Shown piece after piece: positions 11,371 through 22,700 of a DNA stretch of 64,000 bases. Origin of the DNA: a virus; IMG/VR virus record IMGVR_UViG_3300045988_122545, positions 31,662-95,661 of that record, one strand, 5' to 3'. The first letter of the stretch is position 1; each line of letters begins with the position of its first letter. Made by a program: the position numbers and the translations under genes. A model generated the notes under the pieces. That model searched no databases. It was not told where the DNA came from and saw only the letters and a program-made list of their open reading frames with translations.

Positions 11371-12453
11371 TTAGTTATTAATAATTTCTTTTACCCAGTA
11401 ACCAGTAGGCATTTCTCCGCCTAAGTATTTTTTAATGGTTCTGAAGTCAGATCTTAAATATTTTTCTAAAGCCCTAATACCTTCTATTCTGATAGGAGTA
11501 TCAGAAAGTGTAGTATTGTGAACTTCAAATATTCTGATTCTTTTTGTTGCAATAATATCTCTTAATTCTTTATAGTCTATTACTTTTCTATCTTCTTCTT
11601 TACCGTACTTCCAATTAAATCTTCTACGGATTGCCGGAACTTTATTTATATACTCTGGGTCATTAATATATTTTCGTATAGTACAACCAGAAATACCTGA
11701 TGCTTTGGATGCGTCTGAAATACTACCATATTTTGCAATTAAATTACCTTTTAAATCATATTGTTCTACGGGAGTAGATAAACCATTCATGTCACCATTT
11801 TCGACTATTCTTAAAGCTCGTTTGCGTTTGAATTCTTCAGATTGTTTGGGAACATAATTTAAATTCATGTAATAGTCTTTTATATTTATTTGTAATTTGA
11901 TATCTTCTCTGTTATCTGGAGATAATATCCAAACATAAGGATTCTTTTTAGATGGTTTCATCGCTTGTTTACGAAGTATTCTGTAAATAGACGTTTTAGA
12001 TATGCCAGTATCTTCGGATGCTGCTTCTATACTAGGATATTCTTTAACAAATATACCATTTACGTCATATTGAAGTATAGGCTTTCTGTTTTCTGAAATT
12101 TTTCCTCTATGAAGAATACCTATTTTTTCTTTAGTTTCATCTGATTGAAATCTAACTCCTCCGCCTAGCTTGTTGTTATATCCTATTTCAGGATTGGTTG
12201 CACCAAGTAAAACTATCCAATAATTCTCACGCTCGTTCATATGAGCTAAATCTTTGCATAGTTCAATAGTTTCTATTTTAAAATTATTTTCGCCATACTC
12301 TCGTATTGCATTGCAGATAGCCGTTGTGCCACCACCATTTGCTTTAATTACGTGTCTTCTAAATCTGTATGACGCGCCTTCAGTAGTGGCACCAACGTAT
12401 ATCTTGTTATTAACCAAATTAGTCAATTTATAAATTTCGTAGATCTTTTCCAT
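11371..12453 (-). CDS. Free-standing GIY-YIG homing endonuclease with repeated HTH (NUMOD/IENR-like) DNA-binding modules
   Basis: IYKLTN..KIYVG...YRF..H...NYW motifs. Two repeats, S(I/E)xAS..TGIS..(S/T)I.R. 360 aa without any TAG. Confidence 0.8.
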   Translation of the reverse strand: MEKIYEIYKLTNLVNNKIYVGATTEGASYRFRRHVIKANGGGTTAICNAIREYGENNFKIETIELCKDLAHMNERENYWIVLLGATNPEIGYNNKLGGGVRFQSDETKEKIGILHRGKISENRKPILQYDVNGIFVKEYPSIEAASEDTGISKTSIYRILRKQAMKPSKKNPYVWILSPDNREDIKLQINIKDYYMNLNYVPKQSEEFKRKRALRIVENGDMNGLSTPVEQYDLKGNLIAKYGSISDASKASGISGCTIRKYINDPEYINKVPAIRRRFNWKYGKEEDRKVIDYKELRDIIATKRIRIFEVHNTTLSDTPIRIEGIRALEKYLRSDFRTIKKYLGGEMPTGYWVKEIINN

Positions 12454-12524
12454 AATTAATATTTTAGTTATACTTTATATAACGTCAAAATATTAATTAT
12501 GTTGATATTTTACCTAGAAAAAAT

Positions 12525-13991
12525 TTACTCGCTTAGCATGATAAGTTCTCCGCAAGCTCTAGGATCTCTAAGCATTATACCCATTTCACCTAAGAAATGA
12601 ACAGAATAGCCATCCTTAGCATTACTACGAACTTCAGTATTAGAATGAGCGTAACCTGCAGGAGTTACAGAACCAGCCGTACACCAGTTAACGAATTCAC
12701 GGTCTTTACGAACAACCTTAACAATGTTAGCTTCACCATCACGACGACCAAGGTCAAGGAATGTCATACGATATGATTCCAACGGTTTCAAAGTAATCGG
12801 ATGCAACTGACGGTTGTAAGTAGTATTGTCATACAACGGGAAATACTTCAAAGTAAGTTCAATACCGTTAGACATCTTATAAGTCTTGAACTGACCACCA
12901 AATGTCAAATTGTCACCAGAACCAGTTACGAATACAGTATCGATAAGATTCATGTTAGCCATCTTTTCTTTCAATACTCTATCGAACTCACGCATACCCA
13001 TTTCACCAGTCAATGCAACAAACTTACGTTCGTTAGTACCAAGTACATTGTATGACAAGTCTGACAAGAAATCTTCGAGCAATTCAGCAGTCAAACGAGT
13101 ATAGAAACGTCTGTTAGACGGAGCAATCTGTTCGAGCAAACCAGCACCGATAAATACCGGACGACCGTTAGCACCTTTCAGATTACAAGAACCATCACGG
13201 TTAACATTACTTACATTATAAACTAAAGCACGTTCAATACGCTTATACCATTCACGCATAGCAACCCATTCCTGGAATGTAGACCACAAATAAGAAGTCT
13301 TACCTGATTTAGGATCTTTCAAAGCAACTGCCATTACAGTAGAATAAGCTGAACCAGTAATATCATAAGAAAGACGTACTGTCGTAAGATAGTTACGCAT
13401 CTTGAAATGAGTATTATAGTTCAGGATATCAGCCTGTTCACTATATTCTTCGTATGCAGAAGCAAGACGAGATACCTGACAACCTGGTTTTAAAACAGAC
13501 GGATCAATATAAGATGCAGGATTACCATTAGAAACAAATACAGTATAAACATACAAGCTACCATCCTGATACGGAGCATCTGATACACGTACCTGGCTCT
13601 TGTCATCAAGTTCCAAAGTAGCACCCGGACCAAACCAGTTATCTTCCAACCACAACTGAATCGGAGTGTTGTTCAAACCAGCAGTAGTAGTATCTGAAAT
13701 GGTTGCGCCATTCCATTTTGCATCACGGATTGTAACTGCACGATCCTGATCAATCATTACACCCCATTCGAAAGAAGGCTGATCGATAACCATTACGTTA
13801 CCAAGACCACCAGTAAGCATATCCAAAGATGTTGTGTAACCATTATCTTTTGTACCAAATACGTATGATAAAATAGTTGATACTTCATACGGTCTCTACT
13901 GTGAAGCGATTGAAATTTTATTAGTATCAATCAAATCACTAAACCATTTTCCTTTATAGAGGACTAAATTATTTAGAATATTGTTATCCAT
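12525..13991 (-). CDS. Major capsid protein (HK97-fold type, 488 codons, 1 in-frame TAG)
   Basis: ORF 12525..13826 begins at an internal TTG. The frame continues through TAG 13896..13898 to ATG 13989-13991. Size, strong codon bias and position (scaffold-like gene upstream) fit a crAss-type MCP. Ends on TAA. Confidence 0.7.
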
Positions 13992-14036
13992 AATATTTTA
14001 TTAATATTTCAATATTGAATTTTTAATTATTTTAAA

Positions 14037-15194
14037 TTAAGATATACGCAATCTTCTTGTAAAACTATCCCATATAGTATCACTATTTGAATCTCTTCCG
14101 GAGGTGTTTCTAGATTTTGAATTAACCGTAGTATTTTTTAAGCTATCTTTAAACTTATTAATTGCGGTATTATTTCCTTCTCTTTTAGCAGCATTTATTA
14201 ATTTATCAGCATTCATTGTGAAATATGCAGATTCGATTAAGTTCTTTACGCCACCTTTAGCATAATCCTTCTGATATTTTGTTTTACCATCAGAATCAGG
14301 TTTAAGGATATAATCCATCAAAACCTTCTTATCCTTTTCTGGGATTGCGATTCCGCGTATATTTTTTAAGTTCTTTATTTCCGTGACAACGTTATCACAG
14401 AAATCCTGTTGTCTTTGACGATACTGCTCATAAGCTCTTTTCTGTTCTGCCAATAGCTGTTCTTTCTTCTGTTCTTTAATCTCTTTTAAATCTTCTATGG
14501 CATCTTGGGCTTCATCTTCGAGAAGTCCGGCGTCGATATACTTAGATATCTTCTTGTCGATTTGTTTTTCATTAAAACCTTTTTCTCTAAGTAATGACTT
14601 AACTACAAGCTTCTGGTTAGTTTCATCGTCTAAATCTATTTCATCTAAATCTAATTCTGCATCAATCTGTAAATATTTAGCTAAATCTCCACCCTGTTTA
14701 ACATAATTATCAAGAGCTTCAATTTCTTCACTAGCGTACTGAGGTTTACTGTCTTCTTCGATTACTTTACTAAAATAGTTAATCAGATCTTCTACATTCT
14801 TTGGCTTTTCTTCATCAGTTACATCTGCCCATTCTAACTTTTCAGCAATAGCATCGAAGAAGTTAGTCACCATCTCTGTTTCGTTGCTATCAAAATTGAT
14901 TTGATTTTTAGGTTCATCAACATCTTTATCTGGTTCATCTTGCTTCGGATCAACAACATTATCATTGTCATCATCCTTATCAGGATCTTGTTCTTCAGAA
15001 GTTGTTTTGATTTTACCTTCTTTCTTCATCTTAGCGACAATAGGATCTTCTACTTTCTTGTTTTCGTCATCATCGTCGTCATCATTAACTTTATTTTCAA
15101 AGTTCTCTAACTCAAGTTCTTGTTCTGTTTTAGGGATAAAGCTATCAATAATTGTTTCAAATCCACCTAAAACATTTGTTTCTTTTTTTTCCAT
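14037..15194 (-). CDS. Acidic coiled-coil protein, possible scaffolding protein
   Basis: ATG 15192-15194 (MEKKETNV...) sits 10 nt after the upstream TAA. Poly-D/E N-terminal half and K/E/Q coiled-coil C-terminal half. Lies between portal-side genes and the MCP. No TAG. Confidence 0.5.
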   Translation of the reverse strand: MEKKETNVLGGFETIIDSFIPKTEQELELENFENKVNDDDDDDENKKVEDPIVAKMKKEGKIKTTSEEQDPDKDDDNDNVVDPKQDEPDKDVDEPKNQINFDSNETEMVTNFFDAIAEKLEWADVTDEEKPKNVEDLINYFSKVIEEDSKPQYASEEIEALDNYVKQGGDLAKYLQIDAELDLDEIDLDDETNQKLVVKSLLREKGFNEKQIDKKISKYIDAGLLEDEAQDAIEDLKEIKEQKKEQLLAEQKRAYEQYRQRQQDFCDNVVTEIKNLKNIRGIAIPEKDKKVLMDYILKPDSDGKTKYQKDYAKGGVKNLIESAYFTMNADKLINAAKREGNNTAINKFKDSLKNTTVNSKSRNTSGRDSNSDTIWDSFTRRLRIS

Positions 15195-15204
15195 AATTAA
15201 CATA

Positions 15205-16665
15205 TTAATTAGATTCGTTATTATTCTCAAAATACATTGCAGCTCCAGGTATACTCAACAAAGGTATCTTATTAAACCATTTGGTGTATTCTCCAGGACT
15301 ATTAAATTGTAAGTATGCTGCTCGAACAGCATTCATTTCTGACGGTAAAGAGTTTATTGCTCTTTTAATAGTTTTAGTTGTTACTTTCTATCCTGGTCTA
15401 TCCATTAATCCTATTGACTACACATAACTACGTAATGTATTCATATAAGATTTCTATTCAGTTCCTTGTCTAAAGTAATCTGTTTTATCAGGATATAAAG
15501 GATTACTATCTGTAGATAAATCTCTACGTAATGCACTAAACATATTATTGTTATAATCAGCATTAGCGTTTTGAGACAGATTAAAATCTACATAATGACC
15601 TAATTCATGCTATGCAGTAGGTCTATCAATCCTATCCAAATGAGGAGATATATTATACTCAAAATCAGTATATCCTGCAGGTATCTTATTCATTCTAAAT
15701 CTTTCCATAGCATCTTTTCTAGCTGCCATTTCAGCTTTAGCATCACCAAAGAACTATTTAGCTTTCGGTTCAGGTAAACCTGTATATTTATTTTCATAAG
15801 TATCCAGAACGCCTTTATATATTTTAGTGTAATCGTCTCCGTATTGTTCATTTATTGCTCTAGCACGATCCCAATAATCCTGATCAGTATATAAATCTTC
15901 TATTACTCTATTTCTCTGATTTATTGCATCAGTATAAACATCTCTGCTTAACCCATTTGGTCTTACTTCTCTTCCTAATACTTTATTTATTTTATCACTA
16001 AAATATTTAGGATTAACAGAAGGTATTTCCCTAACAATCTTTTTTAATGGCTTCGATATTGCACCAGGTAATAATGCTGCTGCACCAATCAAACCAGCTG
16101 TAATATAATCTCCTTGACTAGCACTCTGATATACATCATTTGCTGTTATAGCATTTCCAACAGGAGTAAGATTAGCAGCATCTTGAATAGATACTACTGG
16201 TTTTAAGAATCCTGCTCCAGGATTATATCCGTAATTCCATTTACCATTTGAATATGTTACTGGTATTTCTGATGTATTTGATTGAATACCGTCTGTACCA
16301 TTTGCGTATCCACTTATATCTCCAGTAGGACTATATGTTTTAGTATAAGTTACCCCATTCTTTTCATACGGAAAATATCCTGCAGCTGCATCATTCTATA
16401 TAGCTTTATTATAAGTAGAATGAGATTTCGGTTTTAGAATTTCACCTGTATATGGGTTTCTGCTACCTAAATGATAATATCCATCTTCATTCAATTCTGG
16501 TTTCAATCCTCCAGTATAAGCTCCAAAATTATTGTATTGCCAATCTGGAGTATGAGCTAAATTATCTGGAAGAGAATTCTTCCATTCCCAGTAACTCAGC
16601 TAGGGATTAGATTCCCTAGCTTGTTTGAACTGGTCCATTCTCTATCTAAATTCACTTCTTTCCAT
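15205..16665 (-). CDS. Virion-module protein with HExxH (HELGH) zincin motif (about 486 codons, 8 in-frame TAG)
   Basis: ORF 15754..16092 extends both ways through TAG (16642, 16600, 16396, 15754, 15610, 15454, 15418, 15388) to TAA 15205-15207. Start is ATG 16663-16665 or 16636-16638. HELGHY lies just after TAG 15610. Confidence 0.55.
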
Positions 16666-16828
16666 AACCACCATTTAATAATCTATCTGCTAAAATATTT
16701 GCGACAATGTTCATAGTAAAATCATTAGCGTTTTCTTCTGGTGAATTTAAACGTCTTGATATTTGAGTAAGAATTATATATATTTGTTCTAATAATTCTC
16801 TATCACTTAATTGGCTTAGGTTTACCAT
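16652..16828 (-). CDS. Hypothetical small protein (58 aa)
   Basis: ATG 16826-16828 (MVNLSQLSD...) lies within ORF 16652..16837. Ends on TGA. Confidence 0.4.
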   Translation of the reverse strand: MVNLSQLSDRELLEQIYIILTQISRRLNSPEENANDFTMNIVANILADRLLNGGYGKK

Positions 16829-17153
16829 AACTTCCAATCTTTATATATTTTAGCCATGAATAATGCTTTCGTTCTTTGATATAGTTTAGATTGTCATCAT
16901 TATCGTAAGCTTCACGTTCAAATGATATATTACGATAAGCATTACCTTTCATAAATAATCTTATGACCCATTCTATTATATACCATATATAAAATAATAT
17001 ATAAAGCATTTCTTTCATCTATGCGGTATGAATAGATTCATGATTAATTGTTTTATCATCTATTTTACTACCTTTTCTAGCAAACAATACACCAAATAGA
17101 TTTATTGCTTTAAAACCTGGGAATGGTATTATACTGTTAAATATTACTTTCAT
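16803..17153 (-). CDS. Small HExxH zincin-like protein (116 codons, 1 in-frame TAG)
   Basis: ORFs 17019..17240 and 16803..17018 abut in frame across TAG 17019..17021. ATG 17151-17153 is preceded by AGGAGG at an 8-nt spacing. Motif NHESIHTA*M. Confidence 0.55.
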
Positions 17154-17229
17154 ATTATTTACCTCCTTTACCTTTTCCGCCTTTTCCTTTTTTAGAACCA
17201 CCTTTACATGCCATATTATTACACCTCCT

Positions 17230-19725
17230 TTACTTCTCACCTGCGACCTTATTCTTGATTGCGGTACGAGCTTTTAATTTTTCACGTTCCATTGCAGCAT
17301 CATTATTCATCTTTTGAAGTTGAGTTTCATGCTTCATACGGTCACGTTCCAACTACATCTTTTTATTTTCAATTTGTTTCTTATTCTCTGAATCTCTTAA
17401 TTTAGCATTAAGCTCCATTTGTTTTGCAGATTCGTCTGCAATTTGTTTTCTTTCAGCCAATGCTTGTTGTGCAATTTCCATTACATCAGGAATACCATTA
17501 TCATTCTGATCTAAGTCTTGTAAACCTTTATATGCATTTAATTGTGCAACAGTAATCTTAGTTTGAGAATCTGTATCAATCTTATACTTTTCTAATTCGA
17601 GTTCTGCTTCTTTAAGCATAAGTTCTTCTTCTTTAACTCTATTCTGTTCAGCAATCAATTGTTGTTGAGCTTCCTGCTCAGCTTGTTGTTGCTGTTGCAT
17701 TTGTTCCATACGTTTCTGTTCAATATCTTCAAGTCTATCTTTAATCATATTAATGTTATCCATTGTAATAATTTCTGCGATATCTAACAGGCTTGCTCCA
17801 TTTTGCATAGCAGGTTGTAACAACTGTTTTAACTGATCTAAGTCTTGTCTATTCTTTGTACTATCTTCTACAAACACATCCATATCTGAATAGAAGAAAT
17901 CATCTGATAAAGTAATGAAAGCTCTAGTAGCATCATCTAAGATATAGTTAAGACATGTTTTATTATCTTTCCATGCTACCTTAGCGGTATCCAATAACAT
18001 TGTTAAAACTTCTTTTTTGACCTGATTGTGTGTCCAAAACCACGGTTCGGTAATATGATACGACTGAGTAATAGCTTGTGTGGTATTACCTACCAATTCG
18101 CTTGCCGCAATGGATCCTTGTCTCTGTGGAGTAATACCAGTCAATTTGGCTACCATATCTTCAATCTTAGCCATAAGATTAACATACTGATCAATTATAT
18201 TAGCCATACTTAAATCCCATGACTGGAACTGATTAAATGCTGCTGGTCTACCACCTTCTCTACCCGGAACATCCCATCCTTCTTCATAAGGATTGATAAA
18301 TGCTACACCTAATGCTCCTAAGTAATGCATCCATTTGTTTACATCAATACCCATAGATTTCGGTATCTGAGTAACATCTACTACAGGTACTTTACCTTTA
18401 TCTCTGGACATAGCCAATTCTAATCGATACCAAACTACAATATACATATACTGTAACGGTTTCATCATACTGACCAAAGATCTAGGTTTACTATTAGTAT
18501 TATTATAAAGTACACCAGTATACGGTAATTTTGATGAATTAGGATTATCTGCAGATATGTGTTGATATTCCAAAGGTTGAATTCCGATATATAAATCATC
18601 ACCAATTCTATAACCTTCCCATACTTCTATAATCCATTTCCAATCAACAGATTCTTCTTCACCAGTTACTTTGTAATCTTCATCTACTTGATATTCTTCT
18701 ACTTCTCCAGTTTCTTCATTTATCAAAGTAACAAATCCAATCTTCTTAAAAGATTTCCAACAACAATGATAAACTGTAATTTGATCGGTATCAAATGGAT
18801 TATCAGTAAAACTATTCAATTTATGAAGTTTTACGTGATTATAATCCAATTCGGATTTACCTACTTGAGGAGTCATACCTGAACCTGGTTTTTCATCGAT
18901 TAATTCAAGTAACTCGTTTAATTGTTTTTCTGACATCTTATCATAGAAGCGATCATATATTTCTGTTGCAGACATAATCATCTTTCTACAACACCATGCT
19001 GCATCGTGAATATATTCCAAATCTACAGATTTTTCATAGTCGAAATACATCGGATTAACTCTTTCTACATAAGGTTGTCCGTTACGAATACCAACATAAT
19101 ATATTTCCTCGCCACCGATTAAAGCATCTTTCCATCCTTTATAAAATTCGTGAGGAAGATTCAATTTACGTTTCAAATACTATAATGTATGATAAGCTGT
19201 TCGTTCTGCGATATCTTTGTAATCTTTAGTTAAATACTTCTGTATTGCTTCTGGTTGCATTACTTCACCAGTTTGTAAAGCGTCTTGATATCTTTGAGCA
19301 TTCTCTGGACTCAATTTAGCCATTATACTAGACTGTATATAGTCCATTAACATTTGTTTAGCTTTCTCTTGCAATTCACTAGTAGCTTCATCACTAGTTC
19401 TACATACTTGAAAATTAAATGAACGTTTTGTTTCTTCACCTAATAATTGGTCGATATAAGGTTTAATTATATTATAATCTTGAGCTGTTGCTGGAAATCC
19501 ATCTTGTTGTTTAAACGGATTAGTAACATATTTCAAATCTCTTTCATCATATATACTATTATAAAGATCATAATATGTTTGCATTTCCGAAGCTCTCTCG
19601 CTATTAAAACCACTATGACCAGTATTACCAGATCCTGCTATATAATCAACACAAGCTTCTTTCCAATCCTAATTCTTCTTAGACATTGGTAATTTTTGTG
19701 GTGGAAATGATTTTAAATCTTTCAT
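17230..19725 (-). CDS. Portal protein (831 codons, 3 in-frame TAG)
   Basis: ATG 19723-19725 lies 2 nt after the terL TAA. ORFs 19180..19584 and 17353..19176 are joined through TAG 19669, 19180 and 17353. True stop is TAA 17230-17232. Size, position after terL and a Q/E-rich C-terminal coiled coil fit a portal. Confidence 0.7.
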
Positions 19726-19727
19726 AA

Positions 19728-22700
19728 TTAATTAGTAAATGTATATACATTATCATCGTCAAACTTTACTGGACTTTCGTCATCAAACCAATTTTGCGCA
19801 AATATTGGTCCATCAAAAAGTAAACGACTCTTATTTTCTTTTTCTTTTTCTTTTACTACTACATTAAATAATTGTTCACGATAAATCATTACCTACATCA
19901 GAGCCATGACTCTATCGGTATTTATTATATCGTTGTATGCAATTAATTCCTCTAGTAATGGTTCAGATAATATGTTGTATAAGTTCTTTTTGCCATCAGC
20001 ATTTATATCATTCAACCAGTCTTTTATTAATCCTTCACCCCAAGCTTTAATTGATTTATTCATATGGCAACCTTTCTTTCTCTGTACTTTAGAATTACCA
20101 ACAATATCATTGATTATATCTGGTTGATCTGCTAGTAAATAATCACAATGTTTGTTAGCAAAGTAAACGAATAAGCCTTTATTCTGATTTTCATACATTG
20201 CTCTGGCATTATAGTATATCAACAACTTACGAACATTTTCGTAGAAATCATCTGCTGCTTGAGGTCTACCAGTATATTCTGCAACAATTATATCTGAATA
20301 AGATTCTATATTCTATATTCTTTTATATATGATACACGAACCTAATGAATTTGTTCCTGACTAATCATGGTCATATGGGTCAATTCCTGCAATATATAAA
20401 CCAAATGGTGCATCTTTCATAGGATGTTCCCATATAACTATAGAACCAGTAGGATCATCATCTTTATTTAGAGGATAATGTGTAATATCTCCTGTCTTTT
20501 TAATTACCCAACTAATATTTCCATCAGGTGTTTGTACTAAATCACCTATTTGTTTATGATTCTATAGCTGTTTATTTGTACGTATTCTAGCCAACTATTC
20601 CTATAGCTCTTTCTTAGGAAATATGTTTCCTCCAAATTCCAAACAAGCTTCTGCTGGAGTAATACATCTTTCACAAACATACCTATCTACTGCTACTGAA
20701 TTAGTAGCATTTTGTATCATTTCTTTACGTTGCTCCAATATAAAATCTAGAGAAGGTTTACGTAATGTATTACCATCATTATCCATATAAATACGATTAC
20801 ATTTATCATCTCTAATATCCATATTAGCGTACTATGGTATAAAGAATCCACACGTACTAGTTACTGCATTTTCATCCCATATATTCTATAATTCTACACA
20901 GTTATATCCTTTTGGTTTATAGAACATATCTTTCAATGTAGCAAAGTTTGATTCTTCATCTCCACCAGTATTATGTGTTACAATACCATTTACAATATAA
21001 TTATGCTGTTCTTTAGCAGTAATGTTATATATATCTTGTATACCGATATCTGTTATATTTGTGATTTTATCTGCAACTATTCCACAAAGATATTTATTAT
21101 ATTTTGGTAACTCGGACTGAATAAATAAATAAATTAAATCCAGTGCTGCTGATTTTCTAGAAACTGTTAATTTTATATGTTGAGAAAATCTACCTAGACT
21201 TACCACATCAGCAATTTCTAATCGATATTCGCCGTTTTTATCAGAAATAAAATGATCCTTGTATTTCCTAATTCTATTAGTAGGTTTAATATAACGAATA
21301 ATCCCATGTATACCAAAATGCAACAACGCTTCTTGTACCTAAAGTAATATGTCTTTCTAACACTACGTTAATACTATTCTGGCTCGTTTTTTACTAAAGT
21401 GTATGTACCCATCAGTATCGTATAATCCGCCAATTAATTCACTTATTGTATATTCATCATAACTATTGAAATCTATAGGCAGACGTTTATTACCTTTAGT
21501 TTGTCCATATATACCTAATTTTCTTAGCTATTTGCATATTCCTTTTATACGGATTTCTTGATAATTCTTATTATCTTTAGTAGTATATTGTTTTTCAATA
21601 ACTGTATCGAAATGAGAATGAACATAATCTAATATTTCCTATTCGCAATTACTTAGTATGGGCGTTTTATTATTTCCATAGCTTCCGTCGCCTATTAACC
21701 ATCCTATAAATCTAGGTTCCCACATTACGTTTTTGCCAAATATAGGGATCTAATCTATCAAACCTACTTGGTCTCCTATTTTACATTTTTGTGCTTCGTG
21801 CCATAACCAAGACTTCATACGTTCGTTTTCAAATCTTTTTCCAGAAACACGTTTTGTCCTACCAGGAGTAGACCATAATAAAGGATGGTCTTTACTACAT
21901 CTTATTGTTCTACCCGATTGTAATTCTATTTGAACACATTCTTTCTATGATATCGGATTAATGTTTTCTATGTTTTGTATAGACGCCTGATAGGTATCCC
22001 ATCCAATTATACCATCTTCTTGTTTTAAATTCTCTATATTAATACAATTACCGTCTGATGTCCATACTCTAGATCCTTTGCACACACATCCAAATGCTAT
22101 CATGGTACCAAATGCTACACCATCAACTTCAACAGACGGTCTAGCAATTTGCCATGCTGCACCTAATTCTTTAAATGAACCAGCTTCTTCGAATAAGATT
22201 AGTTTTGCTTTCTTACCACGGACTATATCAGGATTATCCTTAAGAGTAACACCAATTATTTCTGATTTATAACCTAATTCTACTTCATTACCAAATTCAT
22301 CTTTAGTAAAGAATCCAGCTCTTTTACGCATTGCTGTATTAACAGATCTTTTCTTACCCCATGCAGTATTCTTATCGATAAAGTCCATGTAATCCCACGC
22401 TTTAGTAAGAATACCATCATCTGTTAAGTATTGTTTATTTGAAGCATATACATAGGATTTAGAATTAGGAATAAGGTAGTAATTACGACATAACATAGAA
22501 CCACCTTTATAACTATTATGAGTGGGTATAAAATCTTTTGTTATATATAAATGATTTTCGTTATCGATGCATAAGCATCGTTGTTTTTCAAATTTGCCAG
22601 TTCTACGAATTGCTTTTATTCCGATACCATTATAATTATACTTTCTATCTTTACGAATTTTCTCCAATTTTCTAGGAAGTTTAAAGATATCTTCTTGTGT

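Noticed and set aside
17154-17240. GTG-initiated N-terminal extension of ORF 17019..17240 (MRSKGGVIIWHVK...)
   Set aside because: It overlaps the portal C-terminus. An internal ATG (17151-17153) with an AGGAGG in front is a far better start.
2627-22272. Plus-strand ORF-track entries inside the late operon (for example 2627..2896, 3467..3676, 4035..4247, 5583..5801, 8694..8909, 10283..10465, 10635..10874, 12801..13104, 14497..15312, 18028..18213, 18688..18882, 19447..19692, 19906..20127, 22078..22272)
   Set aside because: All are antisense to long, motif-bearing minus-strand genes. Their translations are low-complexity (F/I/L/S/N-rich), typical of chance ORFs in AT-rich DNA, and they have no independent start or stop context.
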